Shown one piece after another: positions 39,421-48,205 of a DNA stretch of 64,000 bases; the first letter of the stretch is position 1; the number at the start of each line of letters is the position of its first letter. This stretch comes from an uncultured virus (IMG/VR IMGVR_UViG_3300014676_000001) (taxonomy: Duplodnaviria; Heunggongvirae; Uroviricota; Caudoviricetes), in IMG/VR virus record IMGVR_UViG_3300014676_000001, positions 1 to 64,000 of that record, one strand, 5' to 3'. The translations under genes and the position numbers were made by a program. The notes under the pieces are model-generated. The model was not told the origin of the DNA and did no database searches. It saw only the letters and a program-made list of their open reading frames with translations.

Positions 39421-40215
39421 CTATTTTTCGATAATTGCTGACGAGGTAAGTTTTGTGGAAAGCGTCTCCAGCTTCTCGATGGCCAGCTCAAAATGTGCTG
39501 GCAGCACCTTCTCCAGTTCCGTATCAATATCGGTGATCGGCAACTCCCCGCACGACATACTCCGGCGACCACCACGAACTACATCGCGCAGCAGCTCCCG
39601 TTCGTAAACTCGCATGTTACCCAGGGCCGTTTCTGCGGCAGTTAATATCCGGCGCAGCTCGGCGATGATTGCCGGGAGATCATCCACAGTGATTGGGTTC
39701 GGTGATGGGTTCCTGCATGCGCGGCGCAAGGCCATCCAGACCCCACTAACCCATGCATTACGGTACTGGAAGCTTTGGGCTATATCGTTTATCAGCCCCC
39801 GCAGTTCTTCTTTTTGCCTCCAGTCCAGAGGTTCACCAGTGCTCTTAGGCACTGGTTCCACAAAAGCATACTCCCCGTTCTTCCGGATAGCTGGCAGCAC
39901 CTCGTTCGTCACCCATTTTCGGAACCGCCAGGCAGTGGTTCCTTGCTTCACCGCGTCACGGCAGCGGAGGATGAGGGTATAGAGACCAGATTCCGATACA
40001 ACATTTACTTCCCTGGCCATGCGATCAAGTTTTTGTGCCTCGGTTAAACCGAGGGTCAATTTTTCATCATGATCCAGCTTGCGCAATGCGTCAGAAGGGT
40101 TTGCAATATTCAATGCAGCGCAGATATCCAACGCCACGAACCACGGCTCACCCTTAATAAGAACCACCCGGACCGGGTGGTTTTCCTGAAATGAGAAGAC
40201 AGAAAGTGCGTTCAT
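39421..40215 (-). CDS. antB: BRO-N protein, AntB-like
   Basis: GEPWFVALDIC, VSESGLYTLILR, FRKWVTNEVLPAIRKNG; last gene of immA operon. Confidence 0.75.
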   Translation of the reverse strand: MNALSVFSFQENHPVRVVLIKGEPWFVALDICAALNIANPSDALRKLDHDEKLTLGLTEAQKLDRMAREVNVVSESGLYTLILRCRDAVKQGTTAWRFRKWVTNEVLPAIRKNGEYAFVEPVPKSTGEPLDWRQKEELRGLINDIAQSFQYRNAWVSGVWMALRRACRNPSPNPITVDDLPAIIAELRRILTAAETALGNMRVYERELLRDVVRGGRRSMSCGELPITDIDTELEKVLPAHFELAIEKLETLSTKLTSSAIIEK

Positions 40216-40442
40216 TTATCCTCCTCTGATTTCAGCTGCTCAGATAAGGACAAGGAGCAACCGCGAGCCTCTTGCGTAAGCTCACGCGCCAGCTGAAGGA
40301 GTTCGGCGGCCTCCTGCAAATACAGTGAAGCCTCATAGCTGGAGATAGTACGGTGGGCAGATGATACCAGCGCTTCCACTTGCGTCAGGCGCTCCTCAAG
40401 CGACTCCAGCAGGCCTTGGGCGTTCAGCTCTATCTGGTTCAT
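40212..40442 (-). CDS. antA: Antirepressor AntA-like
   Basis: Between icd and BRO gene; EASLYLQEAAELL is similar to the LexA-controlled ORF at 52452. Confidence 0.7.
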   Translation of the reverse strand: MNQIELNAQGLLESLEERLTQVEALVSSAHRTISSYEASLYLQEAAELLQLARELTQEARGCSLSLSEQLKSEEDK

Positions 40443-40603
40443 GCGATCACCTCGCTGACTGGGATACGGGCTGACAGAACGAGGACAAAACGGCTGGCGA
40501 ACTGGCGGCGAGCTTCTCGCTCGGATGATGCAATAGTGGAGAGGTGGTGGATATGGGATTTTTTGTCCGTGCGGACAACAGCTGCAAACTTGAATTTGAA
40601 CAT
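40439..40603 (-). CDS. icd: Icd-like cell-division inhibitor, 54 aa, not in ORF track
   Basis: MFKFKFAAVVR...IASSEREARRQF...LVLSARIP; RBS AGGA; ATGA overlap with antA. Confidence 0.85.
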   Translation of the reverse strand: MFKFKFAAVVRTDKKSHIHHLSTIASSEREARRQFASRFVLVLSARIPVSEVIA

Positions 40604-40659
40604 GGCATGCATTCCTATCTTGTATAGGGTGCTACCACCAGAGGTTCCAATCTCTATGG

Positions 40660-40740
40660 GGTGGTAGCCCAGGCGGGGTTGGAACTACCGGTACAAGAAG
40701 AAACCGGCCCGACATAAGTCGGCCCCACCTGAGCCACCAT
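40660..40740 (-). ncRNA. cA: C4/CA antisense RNA #1 (cognate)
   Basis: P1 GGUGGCUCAGGUGGGG/CCCCGCCUGGGCUACC; P3 loop UUCUUCUUGU; junction AGUUCCAA; complementary sites at 40813-40819 + 40797-40804 and 40644-40650 + 40618-40624. Confidence 0.92.
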
Positions 40741-40850
40741 AAAATGGGTGCAATCAGGCACAGACACAAAAAAACACGCAGGCGCGTGTTGTGCGTCTTC
40801 TTGTTATCCGGGGTTCCAATCCCGGTTGCGGATTTTGCCGCAACGGGGTA

Positions 40851-40880
40851 ACTCTACCGCCAAAACAGAGCGCACGTCAA
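40851..40880 (-). promoter_or_regulatory. immA promoter
   Basis: TTGACG-18-TAGAGT upstream of the a1/b1 leader. Confidence 0.7.
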
Positions 40881-40976
40881 TAATTTACGTAGATACTTTA
40901 CCCCGTGACCCGTCACGGGGATAGCCATTTTTATAGTTTGCTTTACTGACTGATCAGAACCTGATCAGTTGTTGTA

Positions 40977-41057
40977 GGGGGTAGCCCAGACGAGGGTAGG
41001 AATACCGGTGAACGCACAAACCGGCCCAACCGAAGCTGGCCCCACCTGAGCCACCAT
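40977..41057 (-). ncRNA. C4-type RNA #2 (different loops)
   Basis: Same scaffold; P2 CCAGC-UUCG-GUUGG; P3 loop UUGUGCGUUC; junction UAUUCCUA. Confidence 0.88.
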
Positions 41058-41074
41058 AATTACGAAGGCTGCTT

Positions 41075-41157
41075 GGGTGGCAGAACAGGTAGGGGTGAGA
41101 ATCCGGCCCCATGCGATAACCGGCCAGCCTATCGGCTGCCCCACCTGATCTGCCATT
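41075..41157 (-). ncRNA. C4-type RNA #3 (different loops)
   Basis: Scaffold with compensatory changes UGGCAGAUCAGGUGGGG/CCCCUACCUGUUCUGCCA; P2 CAGCC-GAUA-GGCUG; P3 loop UAUCGCAUGGG; junction AUUCUCA. Confidence 0.85.
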
Positions 41158-41166
41158 ATTCAGACG

Positions 41167-41255
41167 AAAAAAAACCGCCTTAGGAGGGCGGCTTTCTTCT
41201 CATTCCAGTTGTTAGGAGCAACAGGAAGATACGATGAAGACTTGTAAATTGACAC
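41167..41255 (-). ncRNA. Putative antitoxin sRNA (~88 nt)
   Basis: Promoter TTGCAA-17-TATTAT (41288-41260); terminator GCCGCCCU-CCU-AAGGCGGU plus U-run; 5' 21 nt complementary to 41594-41614. Confidence 0.72.
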
Positions 41256-41685
41256 CCCAATAATAGTACCCTGGGCATGTGATTGCAACCGATCTGTGTA
41301 CATGATGAACATACGAACTTTCAGCTAAATAACTTGTAAAAAATTGAGAGTTTTCTGTATGCTTACTGCGTTAGTTTCTCGTCAGAGCAGGAACACAGAG
41401 ACCCCAAGAAATATTGGAACGCTTTCCAGGCTTCCAACCCTTGATAAAAAACCGTTGTTCGAATGATCGAACTACTTTTTTTGTCAAACTTCCACTCACC
41501 GGCCCTTGTTGCTGAGTGGAATCTCTGTGCGGTCGGTGGTCGGGGGGTAGGATCCCCGGTTGAGCTAGTCACTGGTCAAATCCATACCCTGCTATGAAGA
41601 CTTGTAAATTGACAATACTTGTCGCAGGACGAAACGGGGACTCAACCAGAGTGGCTGTCCGCATAGCTCCTTAAAGGGGCGAGAA

Positions 41686-41811
41686 ATGAAACATTCCATT
41701 ATCATTCTGGTTTTGTTCGTTGTCTTGAAAACGTTTAGTTCGGCTGAAGGCCCGGCGATTAATATCACCGGTAATACCTTACAGTTCGGCTCGTTCACTC
41801 AGACCAAGTAA
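41686..41811 (+). CDS. Putative type I toxin, TimP/RyfA-like, 41 aa, not in ORF track
   Basis: MKHSIIILVLFVVLKTFSSAEGPAINITGNTLQFGSFTQTK; SD AAGGGG inside hairpin GCTCCT-TAA-AGGGGC; long leader; terminator 41833-41855. Confidence 0.7.
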   Translation: MKHSIIILVLFVVLKTFSSAEGPAINITGNTLQFGSFTQTK

Positions 41812-41870
41812 CGATAAAATCTTCGGGTTTTCCGCCGCCTTCGGGCGGCGTTTTTATTTGTCATGCCCTG

Positions 41871-42224
41871 TCACTTTAGCCCGGTAATCCGGCTGACGAA
41901 CGCGCCCACCTTCGACGTTGATTCAAACCCCATACGGCCACGAATGAGCCACTGGAACGGAATCGTCAGCAGGTACAGCGGAACGAACCACAAACGGTTC
42001 AGGCGCTGCCAGAACGTCGCATCACGATGTCCCATCCATTTAGTATTATCGACAACCTGATAGGCATACTGCGACTGGTCAAGCTCATAGTCTTTGGGTG
42101 CTCCTGAATCACCCTCGCAAAGAAAACGAGAAATCCTTTCCCAATTCTCAAAACCCTGCTCTTTGAGTTTTTTCTCCAGGTCGCTCCGGAACAAAACCGG
42201 CACCCACCCTCTGCGATAAATCAT
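41871..42224 (-). CDS. Hypothetical protein, repA operon
   Basis: Overlapping gene chain downstream of repA. Confidence 0.75.
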   Translation of the reverse strand: MIYRRGWVPVLFRSDLEKKLKEQGFENWERISRFLCEGDSGAPKDYELDQSQYAYQVVDNTKWMGHRDATFWQRLNRLWFVPLYLLTIPFQWLIRGRMGFESTSKVGAFVSRITGLK

Positions 42225-42556
42225 GATTTTTTATCCTTCAAATGAGGCTGTAGAACGGCAAAATCGCTCTCGTTCACATGCTGAACGTAGATACGCAGCA
42301 AATCACCGTTCCACCCCTGTAATCCACCTTTGGAAAGGTCATCCCGAACCTCGTCGAGTACCTTATCCAGCAATCCCGCAGCACAGGAAATTGCCTGCGC
42401 TGGATCAGCGAACTCATACTGATTTATCGGGCTGGTTTTCACCCCAAAAACAGGAATCATCTTTTCAGCCAAACGCCGGGCCTGCTCTGCCTTAATGGCG
42501 CTCTGTAAACTGGCTAACTCATCGCCGGTCATATTCTGCAAATCGCTCACTATCAC
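42221..42556 (-). CDS. Hypothetical protein
   Basis: 4-bp overlaps with neighbours. Confidence 0.75.
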   Translation of the reverse strand: MIVSDLQNMTGDELASLQSAIKAEQARRLAEKMIPVFGVKTSPINQYEFADPAQAISCAAGLLDKVLDEVRDDLSKGGLQGWNGDLLRIYVQHVNESDFAVLQPHLKDKKS

Positions 42557-42852
42557 TCCTTCCCTGTCAGCTTCCGAACCTTAATCTGGTGCGAATTTTT
42601 AAGCTTACAAAGCTGCGCCGTAGCCTCATCTATCGTGTCGAACTTATGCGCCTCATTGATGTTTAATGTCCAGTATTTGGCCTTGCCCTCGCCAAGATCG
42701 GACTCAAAATAATTGCGTTTGACGTCCCGTTGCTTCGGCTTTCCGTTGATGATGACGAGCTCATGACGCTCATCAAAAAGAAATCCCTCACCGTCAAACG
42801 TAATGAGGACAAACGGCCCCTCTGGCTTCACCGTGCCTATGCTAGTCGACAT
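42553..42852 (-). CDS. Hypothetical protein
   Basis: RBS GGAGG before ATG 42852. Confidence 0.7.
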   Translation of the reverse strand: MSTSIGTVKPEGPFVLITFDGEGFLFDERHELVIINGKPKQRDVKRNYFESDLGEGKAKYWTLNINEAHKFDTIDEATAQLCKLKNSHQIKVRKLTGKE

Positions 42853-43054
42853 TATTGCCCCTCCAGTTAACCAAAATTTCCCGGTAAACCCACTTCCACA
42901 CGCGGTAGTTGCTCTCAAAGGCTGCGCCACGAGCCTTAATGCGGCGGACCTGGGTATCTTGCTGGCAACGCTTCAGCGCCTTAATCGACCGATACCAGTG
43001 CCAAAGGACCGATAAGGCACCTGTGGCCAGCAGCGTTAGCAGTAAATCAGCCAT
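42842..43054 (-). CDS. Small membrane protein
   Basis: N-terminal TM; RBS GGAGG within repA end. Confidence 0.6.
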   Translation of the reverse strand: MADLLLTLLATGALSVLWHWYRSIKALKRCQQDTQVRRIKARGAAFESNYRVWKWVYREILVNWRGNNVD

Positions 43055-46000
43055 AGAACGCCTCCTGCGCGCCGTAGCCGCCCGTAGTCATTCCGGTGAT
43101 GTATTCACGCAAGCTTCGCAGCTCGTGGCTGGAGAGGCGCTCCATGAACTCTGTGAGGTACAGAGAGGCAAAGGTCATCGCGATGCTGGCTGGTGACCAC
43201 GTAGCCATCGTTGCCAGCTCGTCGCCGGACAGCGCGGTCAGCGCCCAGGCCTCAGGAACCGGAACCGGCAGCGTGGCCAGCGCCTCGGTTATTACTGAAT
43301 GAGGGGCGTCGGAATCCTGCTCGTTTGTGGATCGCGATTTATGATCCATATATATATTGAGATCCAAATCGTGATCCACTTCGTTGGCGGTCTTCTCGGT
43401 TTTACGCGTCTGTAGGCTCAAGCCGTCTTCCTGGCGTTTGGCGAGGATGTCCATCATGAACTCTGCCGACTGCTGGTCAACGAAGCGGATAGTAGGCCGC
43501 TTATCCCCATCCCTGGCGCGTCGCTTGTCGGTCTTCAGGCCGAGTGAATCACAGATGTTTTTAAACAGGGCTTCCGGCACCTTCGGCTTACCTTTCGGCG
43601 TCATAAAGCCACCGATGCGCAAAACGTTGTTCAACATGTCCCGGCGTTCGGCGGTCATGAGGTTATCCCTGGCGCGTTTGAGGCGCTCCTGGGTGGCCTC
43701 GCCTGTCATTGTCTCCGGGTCGATGCCGCAGTCGATAAAGTACTGGCGCAGCGCTGTCGATTTGAGGCCATAGAAGCCGCGCATGGCCACCTCGACTACA
43801 GGCAGGCTTTTGACTTTGTAATCGACGATGCCAGGGTGTTTAGCCTGGAATGCTTCATCGGCCTGTTCGCGGGTCATTGCCGTGACGACAAAGTATTCCC
43901 ACTGCCCGGCTTGTCTGAATGAGTAGGTAAAGTTGATCGCCGACTCCTCGCGGTCGTAGCGACGCGCTGTAACCTCGTCGAGCAGCATGGTTTCATAGCG
44001 GCGGACTTTATCTCGAGCGCCGTCGAAGTAGAATTTCAGGGTACCTTCGTCGACCGGGAGCTTCAGCTCGTGCTCGATGTCCCAGCGGACAAGCTTCGCC
44101 TGTTCCTCCAGGGTTAGCGCTCGTTTTTTCAGAATCGCTTCGCGTTCTGATTCGTCCGGCGTATCGATGTTCAGGTGAAGATCCAGCGTTTGTTCCCAGA
44201 CGATTTCCCGCGCTTCCTTACGCAGCTCCTTCCCGACTTCATTCGCCTGCGGGTCTCCGGCCAGCGGCGAAACTTTATAGCCGTCGCTGTGCATAATGCA
44301 GATCATGTTGCTGGCGTAATCGTTGCGCGCCGTCGCTTCGATGGCTGATGCCTTGATTTTCATCCTGGTGAAATCGGTGTTGGCCACACCCATGGAAATT
44401 GTGTCGCCGTCAAAGACAACGTCCGTCAGCTCGCCGTTCATACCGGCAGTGGCCAGAAGTGCCTGGACGTAAGCGCGTTCGATTTTTTGAGGATCGGTTT
44501 CGCGTTTTGCGCGAACCTTATCAAAACCGATGATAAATTCTTTCGCGGTACGGTCGCGGCGCAGCATCTGGATAGCGTCGCTGGGGACCACTTCACCGCA
44601 GAACATGCCGAAGTGGCGATCGAAGTGTTTCTGCTCGATGGACACGCCGGATGAGATTGATGGGCTGTAAATCAGGCCATCGTACTTCTTCACCATCTTC
44701 TTCGGTTTGTTGGTGAACTCTTCCACCTCTGGCTCTGGTTTGCTTTTCTGGTTTACGCACAGGAACTTCTTGTGCGGGTAATTCAGGCGCAGGGTGGCGG
44801 TAACGTCCTCGGCGAACGTGGAACTGTCGGTGGCCAGCATGATTTTTTCACCGAGCTCTACGGCCTTCATCACCTCGGACATGATGCGATCCTTTTCGGT
44901 GTAGAAGACGCGGATAGGTTCACCAGTTTCGCGGTTGCGAACGTCGACCGGCAATTCGATAACGTGGATTTGCAGCCATGCTGGTAGCCCCAGCTCTTCG
45001 CGGCGCTTCATTGCCAGTTCTGCCAGGTCAACCAGCAGATCGTTGGCATCAGCATCCACCATGATCGGGTGTAATTCTGTTCTGGCCAGCGCGTCAATCA
45101 GCGTATTGAACACCGCGACCGGGTTTTCCATTGCGCGGCCTGAAAGCACGGCACGGAGCCCCTGTGTGGCCTCGTCAAAACCGAAATAGTCGTGCTGGCG
45201 CATCAGTGGTTGCCAGCAGCCCTTCACGATGGAGTTTATGCAGATGGTCAGCTTGCTGGCGTATGGCGCCATTTCCTGGTAGCCAGGGTCCTGGTAATGC
45301 AGAATGTCGGCCTTAGCGCCTTTCCCTTCTGTCATCATTTCCCATAACCCACCGATGAGGCTCACCCTGTGCGCTACTGAAACGCCGCGTTCTGCGTTAT
45401 GCATCAACGGGCGAAGCAGGCCTGTCGATTTACCAGAACCCATGCCGGCACGGACAATTACGATCCCCTGTAGCTCCTGCACGTACTTCAGAACATCTTC
45501 GGTCATGACCGATGTTTCGAACCGCTTATAGGTGATGTGCTGTGGTCGTTTGTTTGGGTCGGTAATGCGATCGCTGAATGAACGAGGGGCCTGTGCCGTG
45601 CGGCATTTTCTGTTCAGGCGACGGGCAATATGGTCTTTGACGGTGGCGCGGTAGACGTTCTCAAGCCCCATGTCCCGCAGAACGATGCAGAACATGTTGA
45701 ACAGATCGGATGGGCTGTTCGGTACCGGGCATGTCAGCATGCCAATATCGACCGCGTTCAGCAGCTCTTTGGCGAATGTGCGGCGGTTATCCCGCTTAAG
45801 GGTTTTCAGCTTGTTCAGCGTCAGCGTGAGCAGGTCGGTGCTGGCGTTAAGGCGGTTTGATTTGGCAAACAGCTGGCGCGAGGTTTCGCGGAGGCCGCGT
45901 AATTTATGCAGGTCGTTGAAGTCGCTGCACTCCAGCTGGGGATCATCTTCAAATGTAGGGTAAACACACTTTATGCCGTGGAACTTTGACAGAATCTCAA

Positions 46001-47051
46001 AGCCGGTGCGCAGACCGGTATTGCCTTTTCCTTCAGCCGACGATTTACGGTCGTTATCCAGTGCGCAGGTGATTTTTGCAGCGGGATAGACGTTAACCAG
46101 CTGCTCGACAACGTGGATCATGTTATTGGCTGATATCGCTACAACCACAGCATCAAAGCGCTTTTTCGGGTCCTTCCTGGTAGCCAGCCAGACAGAAGCG
46201 CCCGTTGCGAAGCCTTCTGTTACGGCTACATTCTGCGCCCCTTTCAGGTCGCCAATAACGAAACACGTCCCGACGAAATCGCCGTTCGTGATGGCGCTGG
46301 TCTGGAATTTTCCGCCCTGGAGGTCGATACGTTGCCAGCCAACAATCCGCCCGTCTTTTCTTCCGTCCAGGTGGGACAGAGGTATCGCCATATAGGTTGT
46401 TGGCCCACGGCTCCATTTTGCACTGTCGTGACTGGTCACGCGACGTATATCGCATGCACTAAATACGTCACGAATACCTTTTTTAACCGCATAAGGCCAG
46501 GAACCATCTTCAGCTGGCGCCTGTTCCCAGGCGCGATGGAACGCCAACCAGCCGAGCAAACGTTCATGCTCTATCTGGTTGTTTTTCAAGTCATTGATGC
46601 GTTGCATCTCGACACGGCGGCGGCGTGCTTCAGCCTGGCGCTCCAGGCGCGCGCGTTCTTCTTCTGGCTGAGCGACCACGGTCGCACAGTTCCGCTGTTG
46701 CTCGCGGCGGTATTCAGAAAACAGGAAAGAGAAGCCGCTCCATGAACCGGCATCGCTGCCTTTATGGACGAAGTTGACAAAGGGGTAACTGATGCCGTCT
46801 TTGCTCTGCTCCAGTCGGGAGTAGATTTCGACGCGGCCTTTGAGGCTCTTTTCCAGCGCTACCGGGAAAGCATTATTGTACGTGGTGTAGCGTTCTTTGC
46901 CGCCACGAGGATTAAGCTGGATTCTGTCAGCGCAGGCATGCCAGTTGATACCGGCCATCTGCGCCAGCTCGCTTAGCTCATCCCGTGCTGCTTCAAGCAA
47001 CGAATACGGATCGCTGCTAAAGCGCTCCGCGTAGAATTCTTGTAAGGTCAT
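43047..47051 (-). CDS. repA: RepA primase-helicase replicase
   Basis: 1334 aa; TOPRIM TEGFATG and ALDNDR, SDFNDL; helicase AGMGSGKST and FDEA. Confidence 0.95.
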   Translation of the reverse strand: MTLQEFYAERFSSDPYSLLEAARDELSELAQMAGINWHACADRIQLNPRGGKERYTTYNNAFPVALEKSLKGRVEIYSRLEQSKDGISYPFVNFVHKGSDAGSWSGFSFLFSEYRREQQRNCATVVAQPEEERARLERQAEARRRRVEMQRINDLKNNQIEHERLLGWLAFHRAWEQAPAEDGSWPYAVKKGIRDVFSACDIRRVTSHDSAKWSRGPTTYMAIPLSHLDGRKDGRIVGWQRIDLQGGKFQTSAITNGDFVGTCFVIGDLKGAQNVAVTEGFATGASVWLATRKDPKKRFDAVVVAISANNMIHVVEQLVNVYPAAKITCALDNDRKSSAEGKGNTGLRTGFEILSKFHGIKCVYPTFEDDPQLECSDFNDLHKLRGLRETSRQLFAKSNRLNASTDLLTLTLNKLKTLKRDNRRTFAKELLNAVDIGMLTCPVPNSPSDLFNMFCIVLRDMGLENVYRATVKDHIARRLNRKCRTAQAPRSFSDRITDPNKRPQHITYKRFETSVMTEDVLKYVQELQGIVIVRAGMGSGKSTGLLRPLMHNAERGVSVAHRVSLIGGLWEMMTEGKGAKADILHYQDPGYQEMAPYASKLTICINSIVKGCWQPLMRQHDYFGFDEATQGLRAVLSGRAMENPVAVFNTLIDALARTELHPIMVDADANDLLVDLAELAMKRREELGLPAWLQIHVIELPVDVRNRETGEPIRVFYTEKDRIMSEVMKAVELGEKIMLATDSSTFAEDVTATLRLNYPHKKFLCVNQKSKPEPEVEEFTNKPKKMVKKYDGLIYSPSISSGVSIEQKHFDRHFGMFCGEVVPSDAIQMLRRDRTAKEFIIGFDKVRAKRETDPQKIERAYVQALLATAGMNGELTDVVFDGDTISMGVANTDFTRMKIKASAIEATARNDYASNMICIMHSDGYKVSPLAGDPQANEVGKELRKEAREIVWEQTLDLHLNIDTPDESEREAILKKRALTLEEQAKLVRWDIEHELKLPVDEGTLKFYFDGARDKVRRYETMLLDEVTARRYDREESAINFTYSFRQAGQWEYFVVTAMTREQADEAFQAKHPGIVDYKVKSLPVVEVAMRGFYGLKSTALRQYFIDCGIDPETMTGEATQERLKRARDNLMTAERRDMLNNVLRIGGFMTPKGKPKVPEALFKNICDSLGLKTDKRRARDGDKRPTIRFVDQQSAEFMMDILAKRQEDGLSLQTRKTEKTANEVDHDLDLNIYMDHKSRSTNEQDSDAPHSVITEALATLPVPVPEAWALTALSGDELATMATWSPASIAMTFASLYLTEFMERLSSHELRSLREYITGMTTGGYGAQEAFYG
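43328..43378. other. Candidate replication origin inside repA
   Basis: Four GATCCA motifs (one inverted) around an (AT)n tract; the N15 ori is known to lie within repA. Confidence 0.5.
46672..46685. other. sopC-like centromere IR1 (inside repA)
   Basis: GCGACCACGGTCGC, like F sopC TGGGACCACGGTCCCA. Confidence 0.8.
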
Positions 47052-47246
47052 TTTTTAGCCTTTCCATGCGAATTAGCATTTTTTCGGGTTGAAAAAATCC
47101 GCAGGAGCAGCCACAATAAACGCACAATCTTTCTGAAGGACGTATCTGCGTTTTCGTGGCTACTTCCTGAAAAAGGCCCGAGTTTGCCGACTCGGGTTTT
47201 TTTTCGTCTTTTTTCGGCTGCTACGGTCTGGTTCAACCCCGACAAA

Positions 47247-47285
47247 GTATAGATCGGATTAAACCAGAATTATAGTCAGCAATAA
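47247..47285. promoter_or_regulatory. CB operators upstream of repA
   Basis: GTATA-N6-ATTAA and TTATA-N6-AATAA, near TTATA-N6-TATAA. Confidence 0.55.
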
Positions 47286-47299
47286 ACCCTGTTATTGTA

Positions 47300-47908
47300 T
47301 CATCTACCCTCAACCATGAACGATTTGATCGTACCGACTACTTGGTGCACAAATTGAAGATCACTTTTATCATGGATAACCCGTTGAGAGTTAGCACTAT
47401 CAAGGTAGTAGTGCTGCTCGTCATAACGGGCTAATCGTTGAATTGTGATCTCGCCGTTATTATCACAAACCAATACATCCTCACCCGGTACAAGCGTGAG
47501 CGAGGAATCCACCAGGATAACGTCACCCGGCTGGTAGTTTCGCTGAATCTGGTTCCCGACCGTCAGTGCGTAAACGGTACTCCGTTGACTCACAAACGGC
47601 AGGAATCGCTCTGTGTTGGCAGGTTCTCCAGGCTGCCAGTCTCTATCCGGACCACTTTCTGTCGTGCCAATAACAGGAACGCGGTCTGGATCAGATTCAG
47701 TGCCATACAGTATCCATTGCACGGGCTTACGCAGGCACTTTGCCAGCGACAGCCCGATTTCCAGCGACGGCATTACGTCGCCACGTTCTAAGTTTTGGAC
47801 GCCCGGAAGAGAGATTCCTACAGCTTCTGCCACTTGCTTCAGCGTCAGTTTCAGCTCTAAACGGCGTGCTTTCAGTCGTTCGCCTCGTGTTTTCATACCT
47901 TTAATCAT
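47300..47908 (-). CDS. cB: Prophage repressor CB
   Basis: HTH (LTLKQVAEAVGISLPGVQNLERG) plus degenerate S24 domain; divergent from cro. Confidence 0.9.
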   Translation of the reverse strand: MIKGMKTRGERLKARRLELKLTLKQVAEAVGISLPGVQNLERGDVMPSLEIGLSLAKCLRKPVQWILYGTESDPDRVPVIGTTESGPDRDWQPGEPANTERFLPFVSQRSTVYALTVGNQIQRNYQPGDVILVDSSLTLVPGEDVLVCDNNGEITIQRLARYDEQHYYLDSANSQRVIHDKSDLQFVHQVVGTIKSFMVEGR

Positions 47909-47919
47909 AAATGATCTGT

Positions 47920-47961
47920 TTATAGCTGGCTATAATTTTTATAAATTATACCTAGCTTTAA
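47920..47961. promoter_or_regulatory. cB/cro operators
   Basis: TTATA-GCTGGC-TATAA (47920) and TTATA-CCTAGC-TTTAA (47946). Confidence 0.7.
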
Positions 47962-47989
47962 TTTTCACTTATTGATTATAATAATCTCC

Positions 47990-48205
47990 ATGAAACCCGA
48001 AGAACTTGTGCGCCATTTCGGCGATGTGGAAAAAGCAGCGGCTGGCGTGGGTGTAACACCCGGCGCAGTCTACCAATGGCTGCATGCTGGGGAGATCCCC
48101 CCTCTACGACAAAGCGATATAGAGGTCCGTACCGCGTACAAATTAAAGAGTGATTTCACCTCTCAGCGCATGGGTAAGGAAGGGCGTAACAGTGGAACTA
48201 AATAG
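47990..48205 (+). CDS. cro: Cro repressor
   Basis: MKPEELVRHFGDVEKAAAGVGVTPGAVYQW matches N15 Cro as I recall it. Confidence 0.92.
   Translation: MKPEELVRHFGDVEKAAAGVGVTPGAVYQWLHAGEIPPLRQSDIEVRTAYKLKSDFTSQRMGKEGRNSGTK

Noticed and set aside
40660..41157. tRNA genes
   Set aside because: No D loop, T loop or anticodon arm; the fold is C4-type.
40965..41798. Track ORFs 40965-41156, 41363-41572 and 41592-41798 (minus strand)
   Set aside because: They overlap structured RNAs or the toxin locus and lack a clear RBS.
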